DNA of 64,000 nucleotides from an uncultured Chloroflexia bacterium (GCA_963748625.1 CAVVJT010000007.1:608001-672000); one strand, 5' to 3'; positions 53,366 to 62,959 are shown, numbered from the stretch's first letter. Made by a program: numbers and translations. Notes: generated by a model from the sequence alone, not told the origin.

Positions 53366-54184
53366 ATGGCCATGGACAGCCGAACCGTGCGACTGGGCGA
53401 GGACGCGACGGTCGGCAGTGTCGCGACGATCATCAAGAACGCCCGCGAACTGACGGGCTGGTCGCAGCGCGAGCTCGCGGGGCGCGCCGGAACATCGCAA
53501 TCAGCGATCTGCCGGCTGGAGTCCGGGAGTGCCTCTGCGGTAGAGATGCTCGTGCTCGGCAAGGTGCTCGACGCGCTCGGACTGGACGCGCAGCTCGTCG
53601 TCGAAGGCCGCCACCTCTTCGACAGGGTGCGCCAGAAGGATGGCGTACACGCGAAGGTCACGGGGTTCGTCGGCCGACGCCTCACGCGGTGGGATTGGCT
53701 GACCGCCGGTGAAGCGCTGATCGGCATCGATCGGCCGCGCGGCTGGATCGACCTTCTGGCCTTCCGGTGGGCCGATCGCGCACTCCTGGTCGAGGAGACC
53801 AAGACAGAGATCCCGGACATGGGCCAACTCCAGCGCAGCCTCGCCTTCTATGAGCGGGAGGCGATGGCGGTGGCACGGGGGTTCGGGTGGGAACCGCGCA
53901 GCGTGAATGTGCTTCTTGTCACCTTGGACAGCGCGGCCATCGCCCGGCGCCTCGCAGACAACCGGGACCTCGTCAGACTCGCCTTCCCCGCGCCGGTCTC
54001 GGATGTTCTCCGCTGGCTCGAGCACCCGACTGCGGCGCGGCCGCGAGAGTGGGCCATCGGCACGTGCGACCCAGCGTCACGGAGGGTGACGTGGCTCCGG
54101 CCAACGACGCTCGGCTCGCGTCGCACGCCTCCGGCCTATGCGAACTACGCGGATGCGGCGGCCCGCCTGCTCCTGCCGGGGTGA
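53366..54184 (+). CDS. XRE-HTH fused to PD-(D/E)XK-like nuclease domain (X2)
   Basis: WSQRELAGRAGTSQS.I.RLESG; GWIDLLAF...LVEETKT. Confidence 0.75.
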   Translation: MAMDSRTVRLGEDATVGSVATIIKNARELTGWSQRELAGRAGTSQSAICRLESGSASAVEMLVLGKVLDALGLDAQLVVEGRHLFDRVRQKDGVHAKVTGFVGRRLTRWDWLTAGEALIGIDRPRGWIDLLAFRWADRALLVEETKTEIPDMGQLQRSLAFYEREAMAVARGFGWEPRSVNVLLVTLDSAAIARRLADNRDLVRLAFPAPVSDVLRWLEHPTAARPREWAIGTCDPASRRVTWLRPTTLGSRRTPPAYANYADAAARLLLPG

Positions 54185-54247
54185 ACTAACCGCGTGCGCA
54201 GGGCCCGAGCGGTGGTCGCGGGGCGGGTCCCGCTCGCGTCGGCTGGC

Positions 54248-54359
54248 TGAGTCGCCTGCGACTCACCGCGTGAGATCCACGCAGGGGTGCGCCCCCGAAG
54301 TCGAGGTTCGCGTGTTGGGCTGTGCGGGGACGAGGGCCGAATGAGTCCGGCGCGACTCA
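54248..54359 (-). repeat. REPIN-like element, subfamily 2 variant
   Basis: TGAGTC-N6-GACTCA palindromes 94 bp apart; minus-strand core CGAACCTCGACTTCG. Confidence 0.7.
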
Positions 54360-54449
54360 GGCGCCGGGGCGAGCGTGCCCAGACCGACTCAGGCGCCACG
54401 GCGCGGCGCGAGGAATCCGCGCCCGAGGCGCAGGCCGCGAGACCCCGCG

Positions 54450-55145
54450 TCAGCCCCGGGGGTTGTCCTGGCTCGTCATCCCCTGGCGCACCGCGTAGGC
54501 CGCGGCCTGCACCCGGTTCGTGAGGTGGAGCTTCTCGAGGGCGTTGTGGACGTGGTTCTTGACCGTGCCCTCGGTGATCGTCAGCTCGTTGGCGATCTCC
54601 TTGTTGGACATCCCCGCAGCGACGAGCTGGAGGATCTCCGACTCACGCCGGGTGAGGACGGTGTCCTCGGGCGCCAGCGTCGAGCCAGATCCGCGCGTGG
54701 GGATCCCGCCGGTGCGCAGGGCCTCCAGCAGCTTGGTCGCGACCGCGGGTGCGATGGGCGACTCACCGCGCATGACACCGCGCAGGTCCTCGAACAGCTG
54801 CTCCGGCCGGACGTTCTTGAGGAGATACCCGTTGGCGCCGGCCTTGATCGCGTTGAACAGGTCGTCGTCGTCCTCGGACACCGTGAGCATCACGATGGGG
54901 GTCGTGAAGCCGGCCGACCGGATCGCGATCACCCCGTCGACGCCGTCGGCATCGGGCATGTTCACGTCCATCACGACGAGGTCCGGCTTGAACTGGCGGA
55001 CCTTCTCCAGGGCGTCACGGCCGTTCTCGCCCTCGCCCACGACCGTCATGTCGAACTGGCCGCCGATCAGGGTCGCCAGTGCCCTCCGGAAGAGCGGCTG
55101 GTCGTCAACGAGCAGCACCCTGATTTTCGGCGGAAGGTGTTCCAA
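54450..55145 (-). CDS. NarL/LuxR-family response regulator
   Basis: VLLVDD, VMDVNMP, MLTVS, GYLLK, LTRRE.EIL...GMSNKEIA...TVKNH; TTG start inferred from GAGGA RBS. Confidence 0.92.
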   Translation of the reverse strand: MEHLPPKIRVLLVDDQPLFRRALATLIGGQFDMTVVGEGENGRDALEKVRQFKPDLVVMDVNMPDADGVDGVIAIRSAGFTTPIVMLTVSEDDDDLFNAIKAGANGYLLKNVRPEQLFEDLRGVMRGESPIAPAVATKLLEALRTGGIPTRGSGSTLAPEDTVLTRRESEILQLVAAGMSNKEIANELTITEGTVKNHVHNALEKLHLTNRVQAAAYAVRQGMTSQDNPRG

Positions 55146-56913
55146 CAGTGTCCTCGGCGTCGAGTCGGACGACGATCGTCGTCCCGGCATTCGGAGCAGT
55201 ATGCACATCGATCGAGCCGCCGATCTGCTGGACCCGCTCCCGCATGGAGGCGAGCCCGAAGCCCCCCTCCATCGAACCGGCGACGGTCGAAGGATCGAAG
55301 CCTACCCCATCATCCTCGATCGAGAGAGTGGTGCCACTGGGCGCGCACTCGATCCGGACGCTGACCTTGGAGGCCTGGGCGTACTTGCGTGTGTTGGTCA
55401 GGGCCTCCTGTACGACGCGCAGGAGCTGGACCTCGGAGCGGGGGCTGATCGAGCGGCGGGCGTCGCCCTGGCAGGAGACGGTGGCGGCGATACCCGTCTG
55501 GCGGCTGTACTTGCGCAGGTACTCGCGAAGGGATCCCTCGAGGCCCGCGTCCTCGCGGACGGTCTCGCGGAGGCCAAGGATCGCCTCGCGGACGTCCTGG
55601 TAGGCCTCGTCGGCGGTGTCGGCCAGGTCGCTGAGCTCATCGGCGAGGTCGCTGCTGGCCTCGTCCTTGGCGCGCAGCTCGAGCGCGCGCAGCTGGAGGT
55701 GGATGACGCCGAGGACCTGCGCGAGGCTGTCGTGCAGCTCGCGGGCGATGCGATCGCGCTCGGCGTGGATGGTCCACTGCTCCTCGGACTCGTGGAGGTG
55801 GGCGGTGCGGACCGCGATCGCGGCCATGTCCGCGAGGGCACCGAGGAGGCTGCGCTCGCTCTCGGTGAACGGGCGGCCGTGGCGGACGACGCACAGCTCA
55901 CCGAGCACGCCGTCGGGGCCGCGGAGCGGACGGGCTGCCCACTGGGTGTCACCGTCGCGCAACACGGTCGGGCAGTGCGCGTTGTGCGTGCGGCCCGCTG
56001 CTGCATGCTCATCGGCCACGTGGCAGACGGGGCCGTCGTCGGCCATCGCGAGCAGGTCACGGATCGCAGGCGTGCGGGCGGCGACGTCTCGCCGGTCGGA
56101 CAGGCAGGCCACGGCGCGCTCGGCGCCCAGCAGGTCGCGGGCGTGCTGGGTGATGGTGTCGAGGACCTCGCGCAGCTCGGCGCGGCCGGTCAGCTGGAGG
56201 GCGACGGCGTACAGGGCTCCGCGCTCGAGCTCGCGGCGGTGCAGGTCGGCGACCGTCAGGCCCAGCTGGGCAGCGCCAGCGATCTCGCCCGCGATGTCGG
56301 CGAGGGCCGCGTCCGAGATGTCGGGCTCGACGGGCGGGTGGAACGCGAGGCGCAAGTGGCCGATGCGCGCGCCGCCACGGACGAGCGGCAGGTCCAGAAT
56401 GCCGGTGTCGATGCCGGCCCGGCGGGTGTAGCGCGGATCGAGGAAGGCGGCGTCGGGGGGCTCGGTGAGGAGCGGGGAGAGCCAGGCGAGACCGGGCGAC
56501 AGGGCGGCCGGCCGACGGATCTCGATGGGCGGTCCATCCGGCTGCGCGATGGTGACGATCCCCGCGAGGGCGCCGGTCTGGGTCATCACGCGATCGAGGC
56601 TCTGCTCCAGCAGGTCCGGCAGGGAGAGGCCGCCGCGGACCGCCGAGCTCACGGCATGGGTGGCCGTGAGGTCCTTGTTCTGGCTCACCAGGTGGCGCTG
56701 GGCGCGGTCGAGGTAGACCGAGACGATCATCGCGAAGGCAACGATCGCGCCGCCCATGACCATCGCGGCGGCGACGTGCGACTCATCGGACGTCAGCTGC
56801 GGGTCGAGGACGAGGAAGCGGACGAGCTCGAAGCCCCAGACGAAGACGATGGGCAGGACGATCGTCACCCACTTGAGGCGGTTGAGGTCGCGGAGGCCTC
56901 GGGGGTCGCTCAT
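55105..56913 (-). CDS. NarX/UhpB-type (HisKA_3) sensor kinase with GAF domains
   Basis: 2 TM; ERDRIARELHDSLAQ, QEALTN, EDDGVGF, GFGL..MRER. Confidence 0.92.
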   Translation of the reverse strand: MSDPRGLRDLNRLKWVTIVLPIVFVWGFELVRFLVLDPQLTSDESHVAAAMVMGGAIVAFAMIVSVYLDRAQRHLVSQNKDLTATHAVSSAVRGGLSLPDLLEQSLDRVMTQTGALAGIVTIAQPDGPPIEIRRPAALSPGLAWLSPLLTEPPDAAFLDPRYTRRAGIDTGILDLPLVRGGARIGHLRLAFHPPVEPDISDAALADIAGEIAGAAQLGLTVADLHRRELERGALYAVALQLTGRAELREVLDTITQHARDLLGAERAVACLSDRRDVAARTPAIRDLLAMADDGPVCHVADEHAAAGRTHNAHCPTVLRDGDTQWAARPLRGPDGVLGELCVVRHGRPFTESERSLLGALADMAAIAVRTAHLHESEEQWTIHAERDRIARELHDSLAQVLGVIHLQLRALELRAKDEASSDLADELSDLADTADEAYQDVREAILGLRETVREDAGLEGSLREYLRKYSRQTGIAATVSCQGDARRSISPRSEVQLLRVVQEALTNTRKYAQASKVSVRIECAPSGTTLSIEDDGVGFDPSTVAGSMEGGFGLASMRERVQQIGGSIDVHTAPNAGTTIVVRLDAEDTVGTPSAENQGAAR

Positions 56914-57132
56914 GTGTGGGGGTCGCTCATGCGGGGATGACGCGGGCTGCGCGGGGGACGCGAGCTGCGCTGGGGACGCCGGGGACGCGGATTGCCCGCG
57001 GGACGCTGGGGACGTTCATTGCCTCGACTGTGCCGTTCGATACAGCTGTCGGGTCAGTGCCGACTGGCCCGTACGATACAGGGCCGTGCGGACCGGAGGG
57101 CCGGGACGCGTGCGGCCGGGGGGCGTCGCGCC

Positions 57133-57274
57133 AGCCTGCGCACCGATCGCGCCCACTGTGCAGCGCCGTCGCTGGATGCGCGATCGATGCGCAGCTCAGG
57201 CGCCGGCTCGGGTCGAACTCGCCACGGGCTGCGCGCTCATCAGACACCCAGCGACGTGAGTGCCTGGTGTGCGC
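57133..57274 (+). repeat. ~140-bp element, subfamily 3 (left copy)
   Basis: First 54 bp identical to 58151-58204, ungapped similarity beyond; internal ~30-bp inverted arms ~96 bp apart. Confidence 0.85.
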
Positions 57275-57375
57275 GACTGATGCGCACGGCTCGCGGCCCG
57301 GGGTTGTGGGTCGCAGCTCGGGGGTTGTGCACAGGCGAATTGGTCCGGGATAAGCGGGACGTGCCACAGTCCGCC

Positions 57376-58032
57376 ATGGGAACTCACCAACGAGCCGTGG
57401 ACCTCGCCGCCGAGGATGCACGGATGATCCTCGAACGGCTGCGCAAAGAGGTCCGCGACACGCGGATTGCCCTCGGGCTCAGCCAGGTCGAGCTCGCCGC
57501 CGTGTCCGGGGTATCGCGCTGGAAGGTGGGGCGGTTCGAGGCTGGCGACGCCGGCGCCATTCCGCTCGCGGACCTGTGCGCGTTGCTGCGTGGGGTCGGA
57601 CTGGCGCCGTATGTGAACACCGCCCCCACCGGGGTGCGGGTCCGCGACGGCGCCTCGCTGCGGATCCTCGATCGCTTCGCGGAGGTCGTGGCATCACCCC
57701 TGCGACTCCCGCGTGAGGTGCTCCTCCCTGCACCGGGCGAGCTGCGCGCCTGGGACGCCGCTGTCATGGCGGAGCGGCAGCGTGCCTTCGTGGAGGTCAT
57801 CTCGAAGTTGGGCGACGTGCAGGCGCTGGCCCGATACCTGGCGATCAAGCTGCGCGACGATGGCCGCAGCCAGACGCTCATCCTGGTTGTCGGGCGGACC
57901 GCGCACAACCGGGAGGTGCTTGCAGCCCACCGCGAGGCGCTTCGCCTGGCGTTCCCGCTCGACGGGGCGGCCATCGCACGAGCGCTGCGGTCGGGACGTC
58001 TGCCAGCGGCCAGCGGGATCATCGTCGTGTGA
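57376..58032 (+). CDS. XRE-HTH fused to restriction-endonuclease-like domain (X3)
   Basis: LSQVELAAVSGVSR..V.RFE.G; REV...RAWDA...FVEV. Confidence 0.65.
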   Translation: MGTHQRAVDLAAEDARMILERLRKEVRDTRIALGLSQVELAAVSGVSRWKVGRFEAGDAGAIPLADLCALLRGVGLAPYVNTAPTGVRVRDGASLRILDRFAEVVASPLRLPREVLLPAPGELRAWDAAVMAERQRAFVEVISKLGDVQALARYLAIKLRDDGRSQTLILVVGRTAHNREVLAAHREALRLAFPLDGAAIARALRSGRLPAASGIIVV

Positions 58033-58150
58033 GCTCGGCAGTCCGCCGGCCTGGCGCCGGCTTTCCGCTGGGTGTGCGCCGGGCCCCCGCCGGGAGTCCC
58101 CCAGCCCCCGGCCCCCGGCCCCCGGCCCCCGGCCCCCGGCCCCCGCGCGG

Positions 58151-58292
58151 AGCCTGCGCACCGATCGCGCCCACTGTGCAGCGCCGTCGCTGGATGCGCG
58201 ATCGGCACGCAGCCCAGGCGCTGCGAGACGGCCGCGACCGTCCAGGCTGCGCATGGCTCAGACAACCAGCGACGTGACCGCACGGTGTGCCT
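58151..58292 (+). repeat. ~140-bp element, subfamily 3 (right copy), preceded by a (CCCCGGC)n tract
   Basis: Direct repeat of 57133-57274 at offset 1018. Confidence 0.85.
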
Positions 58293-58402
58293 GCGGTGCG
58301 CGCAGACGAGCGCCGCGCGCAGACGAGCGGTGCGCGCAGGCCGGCGAGATCAGGCGCGGGCCGGCGAGATCAGGCGCGCCGGCCGGACGGGCGCCCGGGC
58401 GT

Positions 58403-59449
58403 TCAGCCCTCCCGGCGCGACCCCTTCGGCAGCAGCTGCACGAACTCGAAGCCGAAGCGGCCCTTCACGCACAGGTTGCCCTCGGTCACGTACGAGTCCG
58501 TCGGCGAGAGCACCTTCACGATCCTGCCGTCCTGCGCATGCAGCGACAGCGTGCACCCAACGCCGCAGTACGGGCAGATCGTGTTCGTCACGGTCTGCAC
58601 CGACTCGTCCCAGGTCCCCGCCTCGCGCATGTCGTACTCGGACTTGAACATCAGCGCCCCGGTGGGGCAGACGTTGATGCAGTTCCCGCACCAGACGCAC
58701 GCCGACTGGTCGAGCGGGACGGCGTACTCGGTGGAGACGCGCGCATCGAACCCGCGACCTGCGATCGAGATCGCGAAGGTGTTCTGGGCATCGGCGCCGC
58801 ACGCCTCGACGCACTTGTAGCAGAGGATGCACTTGGCGTAGTCGCGGACGAAGAGGTCGTTGTCGATCTTGACCGGCTGGGCCACGTTGGACGCGGTGGC
58901 CCCGGAGGGATCGTGGTGGTGGCCGGCATGGATGGCATCGCGCTCGCCGGCGGCCGCGGGCGGCGACGGCGGCCCGAACCGGGTCAGGTCGGCGCCGTAG
59001 CGCTCCACGTACTCCGCGAACTTGCCGTCAGGCAGCACGGAACCAGCGAGGCTGACATCCACGGACGAGCCCAGCAGCTCCAGCACGAGCTTGCGCGAGA
59101 GGCGGACCTTCTCGCTGTCCGTCTCGACCGACATGCCCTGGGAGACCTTGGCCGAGCAGGACGGGGTGAGCGCGCGGGCGCCCGTGTCCACCACGCACAT
59201 CCGGCACACGCCCTCGGGCGTGAGCGTGGACAGCTGGCAGAGCGTGGGGATGTCCTTGCCCTGCGCCAGGCAGGCGTCGAGGATCGTCGCGTCGGCGGGA
59301 GCCGTCACCGGCACCCCGTCGATGGTGATCTCCACCATCCGCGGCGCCTTGCGCTCGGGGCGCGCAGGAATGGACGGCGAACGTGCCGGCGACGTTGTGA
59401 AGATGATCGGGTCGACGCCCGTGTAGATGGGCTTGGGGGCGTGGCTCAC
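58403..59449 (-). CDS. Fe-S subunit of NAD-linked formate dehydrogenase-like complex (NuoG/FdsA N-terminus-like)
   Basis: IPTLC..CRMCVV..C (2Fe-2S), CILCYKCVEAC, CVWCGNCINVCP, TICPYCGVGC..LCVKGRFG. Confidence 0.85.
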   Translation of the reverse strand: MSHAPKPIYTGVDPIIFTTSPARSPSIPARPERKAPRMVEITIDGVPVTAPADATILDACLAQGKDIPTLCQLSTLTPEGVCRMCVVDTGARALTPSCSAKVSQGMSVETDSEKVRLSRKLVLELLGSSVDVSLAGSVLPDGKFAEYVERYGADLTRFGPPSPPAAAGERDAIHAGHHHDPSGATASNVAQPVKIDNDLFVRDYAKCILCYKCVEACGADAQNTFAISIAGRGFDARVSTEYAVPLDQSACVWCGNCINVCPTGALMFKSEYDMREAGTWDESVQTVTNTICPYCGVGCTLSLHAQDGRIVKVLSPTDSYVTEGNLCVKGRFGFEFVQLLPKGSRREG

Positions 59450-61359
59450 GATCCAACCTCCGCGAGCCGGATGCCCGTCCGCAGCGCGTCATTGGCGGTC
59501 TGGCCGAGACCGCAGATCGAGGCGTCGCGCAGGACCTGGCCGAGGTCCTCGAGCAGGGCGAGCTCATCCTCCACGCTGCCCCGTGGTTGCCTCGCCGCCA
59601 GCCGGGCGAGCAGCTCCTCCTGGCGGACGGTGCCCACGCGACAGGGCACGCACTGGCCGCAGGACTCGTCGCGGAAGAACTGGGCGATGCGGCGCAGGAT
59701 GTCGAGCATGTCGGTGGTCTCGTCGAACACGACGACGGCGCCCGCGCCGATCGTCACGCCCAGCTCCTTGGCGGCCTCGAAGGTGAGCGGCATGTGGAGC
59801 GACTCCGGCCCGACGAAGGCGCCCGCGGCCCCGCCGAGGTTGACGGCCTTGACCTTGCGGCCACCGGGCACGCCGCCCGCCATGTCGATCAGGTCACGCA
59901 GGGTGATGCCGAACTCGGCCTCGTAGACGCCCGGCCGGTTGACGTGGCCGGAAACCGAGAACAGCTTGTGGCCGTTCGACCCGTGGGACCCGAGCGCCGC
60001 GTAGACATCGCCGCCCTCGAGGACGATCCCCGGGATGTTGGCCAGCGTCTCGACGTTGTTGAGCACGGTGGGCTTCTGGAAGAGGCCGGCGGTGGTCGAA
60101 CGGGCCGCCTTGTTGCGCGGCTCGCCGCGCTTGCCCTCGATGCTCTCGTAGATCGCGGTGCCCTCACCGCAGACGTAGGCGCCGCCGCCGCGGCGGATCT
60201 CGATGTCGAAGGCGAAGCCCGCGCCCATCACGTCGCCGCCGAGCAGGCCCTTCTCACGGGCGGTGTCGATGGCGCCCTGGAGGCGCTCCTCGGCGAGGGG
60301 ATACTCGCCGCGCAGGTAGACGAAGCCCAGCTCCGCCCCCACAGCGAAGCCCCCGATGGTCATCGACTCGACCAGGCTGAACGGGTCCTCCTCCAGGATG
60401 ATCCGGTCCTTGAAGGTGCCCGGCTCCGCCTCGTCGGCGTTGCACACGATGTTCTTGGGCCAGGCCTGGGTGGCGCGCGCGGCGGCCCACTTCTTGCCCG
60501 CGGGGAACGCGGCGCCGCCACGTCCGAGGACCTCGGCCGTGATGACCTCCTCGATCACCCGGTCTGGACCCACCGCGATCGCCTCCTTGAGGGCGCGGTA
60601 GCCGCCGTTGGCGAGATAGTCGGTGAGGCTGGTGGGATCGATCCGGCCGACACGGGCCAGGAGGCGCAGGTCGGGATCGCCGGCCTGGGGCGCGAACTGG
60701 CGCACCGCCTCAAGCCGCTCCGCCGTGGGGGCGGTCTCGAGGCCGTGGACGTGGCCCTCGGGGTGGGGATGCTCGGCGTCCTCGAGGCGGCGGTGGATGG
60801 CCGCGGCGTCAAGAGGCCCCGTGGAAAGGCGCACGCACGGGTCGCCCGCAAACGTGAACAGCGCGGCAGGGGCGCGGTCGCACTGGCCCAGGCAGGGGCT
60901 GCGCATCCAGGATGCCGTGGCGCCGGGCTTGGGATGGCCGGCAGGCCCGAGGGTCCGCTCCAGGTCTGCCGCGATCTCCTCGGCACCGGCAAGGCGGCAG
61001 GCCATGTCGTCGCAGACATGAACGACGGAGGCCGGCATGGGCGTCATCGTGAACAGGGCGTAGAACGTGGCCACGCCGTACGCGTCGGCCGGCGGGATCG
61101 TCAGGCGCTTGCAGGCGTAGTTGAGGGCGGACTGGCTGATCCAGCCGAGCCGGTCCTGCATCGCGTGCAGGGTGGGCAGCAGCAGGTCGCGGTGGCTGCG
61201 CGCGTCGTGGCCGCCCCTTGCCATGCGCGAGTCCTTGGCGACGTCACGCTCTCCGCCATCCCAGCCGCTGGTCGCCGGGCCGATCCGGCCATCGAGGAAG
61301 GAGTCGACCGCGGCCCGCTCTTCGGCAGTTGCGGCGGGTCCGACGAAATGCAGATCCAT
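59446..61359 (-). CDS. NuoE-NuoF fusion, NAD(H)-binding flavoprotein subunit
   Basis: VATFY, CDDMAC..CLGQC; GRGGAAFP, NADEAEPGTFKDR, CGQCVPCR..CGLG. Confidence 0.88.
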   Translation of the reverse strand: MDLHFVGPAATAEERAAVDSFLDGRIGPATSGWDGGERDVAKDSRMARGGHDARSHRDLLLPTLHAMQDRLGWISQSALNYACKRLTIPPADAYGVATFYALFTMTPMPASVVHVCDDMACRLAGAEEIAADLERTLGPAGHPKPGATASWMRSPCLGQCDRAPAALFTFAGDPCVRLSTGPLDAAAIHRRLEDAEHPHPEGHVHGLETAPTAERLEAVRQFAPQAGDPDLRLLARVGRIDPTSLTDYLANGGYRALKEAIAVGPDRVIEEVITAEVLGRGGAAFPAGKKWAAARATQAWPKNIVCNADEAEPGTFKDRIILEEDPFSLVESMTIGGFAVGAELGFVYLRGEYPLAEERLQGAIDTAREKGLLGGDVMGAGFAFDIEIRRGGGAYVCGEGTAIYESIEGKRGEPRNKAARSTTAGLFQKPTVLNNVETLANIPGIVLEGGDVYAALGSHGSNGHKLFSVSGHVNRPGVYEAEFGITLRDLIDMAGGVPGGRKVKAVNLGGAAGAFVGPESLHMPLTFEAAKELGVTIGAGAVVVFDETTDMLDILRRIAQFFRDESCGQCVPCRVGTVRQEELLARLAARQPRGSVEDELALLEDLGQVLRDASICGLGQTANDALRTGIRLAEVGS

Positions 61360-61474
61360 AGGCAGCCGAGTGTAAACAATCGACGGCAGGCCGCAACAGG
61401 TATCTCGGCCCGGTCAGAAGGGGCATGATCGTCCGTGATTCCACCTGCGTCCGCCCTGCCGTGAGGCCCCAGCC

Positions 61475-62216
61475 ATGTCCCTGCGCCACCACGAGATCGC
61501 CGAGGCCCGCCACCGGATCCTCGACCCGTTCACGCACGAGAAGCTTCGGCTGCTGGGCGAGGTCTGCTGGCGTTGGACCGGGCACCCGGATCCTCGACCT
61601 GGCCTGCGGCAAGGGCGAGATGCTGTCGTCCTGGGCGACGTGGTTCGGCAGCAGCGGCGTCGGGGTCGACTTGTCGCACGTGTTCCTGGCAGCGGCGGTC
61701 GAGCGGGCATCGGAGCTGGGGGTGTCGGCGCGGGTGTCCTTCGTGCAGGGCGACGCTGGCGTGTATTCGGCTGAAGCGGGCGCGTTCGACATCGCGTCGT
61801 GCCTGGGGGCGACCTGGATCGGTGGCGGGCTCGGCGGGACGCTGGACCTGCTGCGGCCCGCGGTGCGGGAGGGCGGGCTGGTCGTTGTCGGGGAGCCGTT
61901 CTTCCACGAGGAGCCGCCGGCCGAGGCGATCTCGGCGTGGGGCTTCGGGCCGGACGACTACACGTCGCTGGCGGGGACGGCTGCGCGGATTCGCGACGCC
62001 GGCTTCGAGCTGGTCGAGATGGTGCTGGCGGACCAGGATTCGTGGGATCGGTATGAGGCCGCACACTGGCCGACGATCCTGGACTGGCTGGCGGCCAACC
62101 CGTCCGACCCGGACTGGGGCGCGATGCGCGAGATGCTGGACCGGGATCGCGCGACGTACCTGCGCTGGGGCCGGCGGTACCTCGGCTGGGGCGTGTTCGT
62201 CTGCCGGCCGGTCTAG
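61475..62216 (+). CDS. SAM-dependent methyltransferase, YjhP-like (frameshift ~61575)
   Basis: H.I.E..HRI.DP, LDLACGKGE, CLGATWI, WDRYEA, YLGWGVF. Confidence 0.8.
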
Positions 62217-62230
62217 GGTCCGCCGCAGGC

Positions 62231-62959
62231 TCAGAACTCGCCGCACTCCCAGGTGAGGGTGCCTGACCAGCCGTTCGGCCAAGGATCCATCGCGCCGTCG
62301 ACCGGGCCGAACTCGGCCGTGCCCGAGAGGCCGTCGTCGGCAAGGTCCACGGTGACGGGTCCCTGCCAGAAGGGCTGCCCGACGCCCTTGGAGGCGCCGT
62401 CATCGTCGAAGAGGTCGCCGCCGTCGATGAGCAGCTCGAGCGTCCAGTCGGCCGTCGTGTCCATCCGCTGCACGCCGCCGCGGAGGGTGCCCTCGATGCC
62501 GCCGGCCCAGATCGTGCCAAGGTCCATGCCGAAGGCCGCGCCCAGCTCCCGGGTATCGGGAACGGAGTCGCACGTCGCCCCACCGGAGCCCCCTTCCCCG
62601 GCATCGCCGAGGCCCGCGGGCTCGAGCGACATGGTGCCCTCGCTGCGGATGGTCACCGGTTCGTGGTACCCGAGGCTGAGCACGGGGACCAGGACGAACG
62701 CCACCGCCGCGGTCGCCGCTGCGACACCGGTCCCGCGCAGGAGCGCCCTCCCTGCCGCCTGCGTCTTCGTCCAGCGCGCCAGGGCCCACGCGATCAGCGC
62801 GATGATGCCGAGGAGCGCGGCGGCCATGAGCACCAGGATCGGCGCCCCGAGGGAGGCGAAGCCGCCCACGGTCAGTGGATAGGCGCAGTACCAGCCGATC
62901 AGGTAGCCAACGATGACCCCCGGGATCGCGGGCCACCAGCGCTTGGCGGTGCCTCTCAC
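62231..62959 (-). CDS. Hypothetical membrane protein
   Basis: 3 TM then a soluble domain ending WEC; architecture resembles 48985-49656. Confidence 0.55.
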   Translation of the reverse strand: MRGTAKRWWPAIPGVIVGYLIGWYCAYPLTVGGFASLGAPILVLMAAALLGIIALIAWALARWTKTQAAGRALLRGTGVAAATAAVAFVLVPVLSLGYHEPVTIRSEGTMSLEPAGLGDAGEGGSGGATCDSVPDTRELGAAFGMDLGTIWAGGIEGTLRGGVQRMDTTADWTLELLIDGGDLFDDDGASKGVGQPFWQGPVTVDLADDGLSGTAEFGPVDGAMDPWPNGWSGTLTWECGEF

